In this document: piece after piece, positions 60,667 to 64,000 of the stretch
Position numbering within the stretch: the first letter of the stretch is position 1
Layout of the letters: every line of letters starts with the position of its first letter
Source of the DNA: Minutocellus sp. GHC0000111
Taxonomy: Eukaryota
NCBI GenBank assembly: GCA_977018835.1
Contig: OZ361258.1
Coordinates: forward strand, 3,348,001-3,412,000
Direction: 5' to 3'
Length of the DNA stretch: 64,000 nt
The notes under the pieces: generated by a model
The model's input: the letters and a program-made list of their open reading frames with translations, nothing else
Database searches by the model: none
What the model was told of the DNA's origin: nothing
Position numbers and translations under genes: made by a program

Positions 60667-63462
60667 CTAGAAGGAGCCAGGTCGACTTTTAGAAACATCC
60701 CATTTTGAGCCAGGTTTGGACACATCCTTCTTGGGCTTCGCGCCGCCGCTGTTTCGGTTGAATGGTTTTGATGCTCCGCTGTTTCGGTTGAATGGTTTCG
60801 ATGCGCCGCTCTTACGATTGAATGGCTTTGAACCAGCACTCTTCCGATCCCCTGGTTTTGATCCTGCATCCTTCTTCTTGGAGCCACCACTCTTGTCCTT
60901 TGTGTTCCATTTCTCATGCCATTTCATTACCTCCTTCAAATGTTCTTCCATGGTTTTGGGAGCGGGTTCCTCTTTCTCTTCTTTGTCTTCCGTTCGTAGG
61001 GCGATATCATCAGCCTTCTTCTCCTCCTCCATTTTCGCCTTGAGCTCGGCGGCATCCATTTTGTCTTTGATTCCTTCGCCTTCGGCCTCGGTTCCTTCGG
61101 CCTTGGTTTTGTCAAATAAGCTGGCAAGCTTTTCAGCCAGCGTGGCGGCGGCTTGGGTTGTCGGAGACGCCGATGGCGATGCTGTGGGCGGCACTGGAGT
61201 CGGTGGGACCGGTGTTGGCGGTACAGGAGTCTTTGGGGGGTTGGTAGGAGGTGGTACGGTCGGCGGCGGATTAGTGGGAGGAGGATTCGTGGGAGGTGGC
61301 CTCGTGGATGAAACAGGAGTCTGTGGGACTGGTATCGGCGGTGCAGAAGTCGAAAAAGCTGGTGTAGGTGGAACCGGTGTGGGTGGAACCGGTGTGGGTG
61401 AGACTAGTAATTCCTCGGTAGCCTTTGTGGCGATCTCAGACACAACAGGAGCAGAGGTTGCTTTTGCTGATGGTTTGGAGGTAACAAGGGCGGCAGTCGG
61501 TGCTGCAGTAGGTGCACCCGTGGGAGAATTGGTGGGCTTAGAAGTAGGATCAGGTGTGGAATTACTCGCACGACCACTCAGCAAACCAGCAACAGTGGCT
61601 GGGTAGCGATACAATGGAACCTCCTGATCGTATCCACCCTCCTGACAGCTGTACAAACCACCCATATCTGATGCAAAGGCAATCGCTTCGCCGCCATTCG
61701 GCTCTTCGATATAAGACGGCACCAGCAGCCCAAACCTACCCAGAGCATCCTCAATAGACTCATTCTCGTTGCGGCAACGATAGTCCAGACCGCCGTAGTA
61801 CAGCATCACAATGTCTCTCCCGTTGGGACTGATATCAATACCAGTGAGGGCGTTGCCCCATCGAGCGGGCTTGCGCAGGTTGGTAACAGTTCCAGCCAAG
61901 ACCAGGTCCATAATTTCATCACCATCACCCCAAGGCTTCTCAGTCTTGTAGATTTGGGCCGTCCTCCTAGTCTTCTGAATGATGTAGATGAGACCAGTCA
62001 AAGGATCGACCATACACGCCTCGGCGTTCTTGGGGCCATCGGGATAGCGCAACGTCAGAGTCTGAGGGTAAAATGTCTTGGGACCGATCGGACCCGTGAG
62101 AGCGGGCTCGGGAAGACGATGGATCCATATCGTCTGACGATCCCAAGGATTGTCGCCAATGTCGCACAAATGCAAATAGTTGACTCCTGCCTTGGGTCCT
62201 GGACCGTTGGAAATGTCCTCGTAGTCGGTATGGTTGATGCAGCCAATGTTCCAGTTCTGAACGATTCGACCATTGTTCTTGTCGATCGCCATCAGACGAG
62301 GGGCATTGTTGCGATCGTTGTGCACATACAGGACGTTAGGATTGCGCCGGCCGTTGACCATGCCGGATACCTCATTGGCGATCGTGGCGTTGACCTTGCC
62401 CATCTCGACACGACCTTCGTACGGAATCGACGCCGGACAGTATCCATCGGTCGATTCCAGATTCTCAAGGCCGATCTTGGCACGGTGCTTTTTTATTGTC
62501 TCGGGGTCAGCGCAGTACTCCCACGATGGCGTCGGCGTCCCATCACATCCTGGAACAATGCCAGTACCATCGGCATAAAAGCAGACGTTGTTGCCTTCGC
62601 AGTCAATGTCGTAATCACTGCAAATTGTGATGTGTCAGTGTTGGAGAGAGAGGAAGAAGCGTGAGTATCAGGTTTTTCTTAGACTAGGACCAAGTATCAG
62701 GGCAAAAATTGATACTTACCAATCACCTTGGCAATGACCCAACGATGCCGGTCCGGTGGCATCGCCAAAGTCCATCAGTGTATTGGAATGGGTAACATCG
62801 CGTTTTGGAAGGACACTGGGATCGATGCAGTACTCCCAGTATTCGCGGGGTTTGCCGGAGCAGCCGGGGACCTTGCCGCTTCCATCTTCGTACCAGCACA
62901 CAAGGCCGGCTGCGCAATCGATGTCGTCATCACTGGTTTGGACGGAATGCAAGGGTAGTCGTTTGAAAGGAGGCATGAAGGTAAGCAATGGCATGAACAT
63001 CGCAAATTCAGACAAGAAAGAACATAGTTGAACATTTCTGATCTCTTATCGTGGAACTTTTACTTACCAATCGCCTTCACATAAATTCAGACTTCCCGGA
63101 GGCAATCCGTTTCCCGGCTCTGAAAGCGGCGGCCCATCATATGTCCATTCGTAGTCGGTATAGTTGTAAGGCTTGGCCATGGAATCTGCCCCAATCGCAT
63201 CGGCATCGTCGGACGGATCTTCCACCCAATCCTGAACTCTGTAGTCCTCGTCGCCAGAGTCGGGGTTGATGCCGGTTCTCTTATCAATGTTATCAGCGCC
63301 AATGTCATCGGCACCAATGTCATCGAAGGATTCTGACAGTCCGTTGTCTGCTACATGCTGCAAGCCACGGCTGCCGCGGAGATTGTCGGACGACGTGTCG
63401 GACAGCGCCGATGCCAGCCCAACGGAGACGAGAGCTACGATGACTGACCGAGAAACATACAT
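60667..63462 (-). CDS. Secreted protein: two frustulin-type acidic Cys-rich modules, bacterial-type beta-propeller-like domain, Pro/Thr stalk, basic repeat tail
   Basis: Signal peptide and LRGSRGL (RxL). Introns 62933-63067 and 62618-62719 give LCEGDCDDDIDC..GLVC...VPGC and HCQGDCDYDIDC...VPGC. Then VHND, DYEDI, CDIGDN and YPDGPKNAEA motifs. Confidence 0.8.
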
Positions 63463-64000
63463 AATTGATCCGTAATTGCTGATATAGCAAAGCAACTGAA
63501 CACAGGTGAAAGATGCACTTGGTTATCAAAGTTGCTCGAGATATACCAGCAAGAGTATTGAAGTATACGTTGGGTCCACAATCACAATAAGTGTGAGGAA
63601 TCCAGGCGACGCATTGTGCCAAGAGGGACGTGTTATATAAAATCTTCGGCAGGATACACATCATACTCCCGTAAGTGTTCGTTGCCGAGGGAGCAAGTCG
63701 GAGGCAAGTGTGCTGCACCAAGGGGAAGTTGAGAGCCTGTGATGACCCTGTGGGAATTTTCATCCGCACGATGTTTGCCACCTTGCCAAAAATGGCCACC
63801 AGCCAATAACGGGTAGCAGCTGCGCGTTGCAGCGTTGTTCGGCATGTCCAGCGCGCAAACAGTTTATTCGGATAATACTTGCTCATTCATTTGCCCGTCG
63901 AGCGAGTGGGGAAACGCCATGATGAAAGACACGGCGTTGCCAATCACAGTGTAATTGCTGATCATCTGGCCGCGGTAGCGCGTTCGGCGCTTGACTGTTC

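Noticed and set aside
60735..61400. CRISPR-like array
   Set aside because: Repeats are in-frame coding units without unique spacers, and no cas genes are present.

Overview
Eukaryotic nuclear DNA, almost certainly from a diatom: short GT-AG introns, an ASAFAP-like organellar presequence on ThrRS, frustulin-type CxGDCD modules and a diatom CoDi-like Copia element. Two compartments. (1) ~1-27 kb and ~57-64 kb are gene-dense and mostly intact: SET-domain protein, FAD monooxygenase (premature TGA), NDUFB11, PHO80-like cyclin, ThrRS, CSDE1/UNR-like, ubiquitin-S27a, RPL18a, HSF, PP2A-A, a low-complexity protein and a frustulin-module/beta-propeller secreted protein. (2) ~27-57 kb is an accessory island of mostly intronless, often frameshifted genes: four ankyrin genes (one apparently fused to a bacterial-type SMI1/KNR4 (SUKH) domain, one with an F-box-like motif), an LRV/HEAT-like repeat protein, an LRR plus TET/JBP-like 2OG-Fe(II) dioxygenase, a RING-like/Sel1 protein and a MIB/HERC2-SH3 protein. 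The island also holds a ~4-4.6 kb direct duplication, a TIR DNA element and a gag-only LTR element with TSD. The strongest signal is a TpA->TpG/CpA (Tyr->Cys/His) mutation bias concentrated in repeats, resembling RIP in reverse. All domain calls are motif recognition by eye, not database searches.
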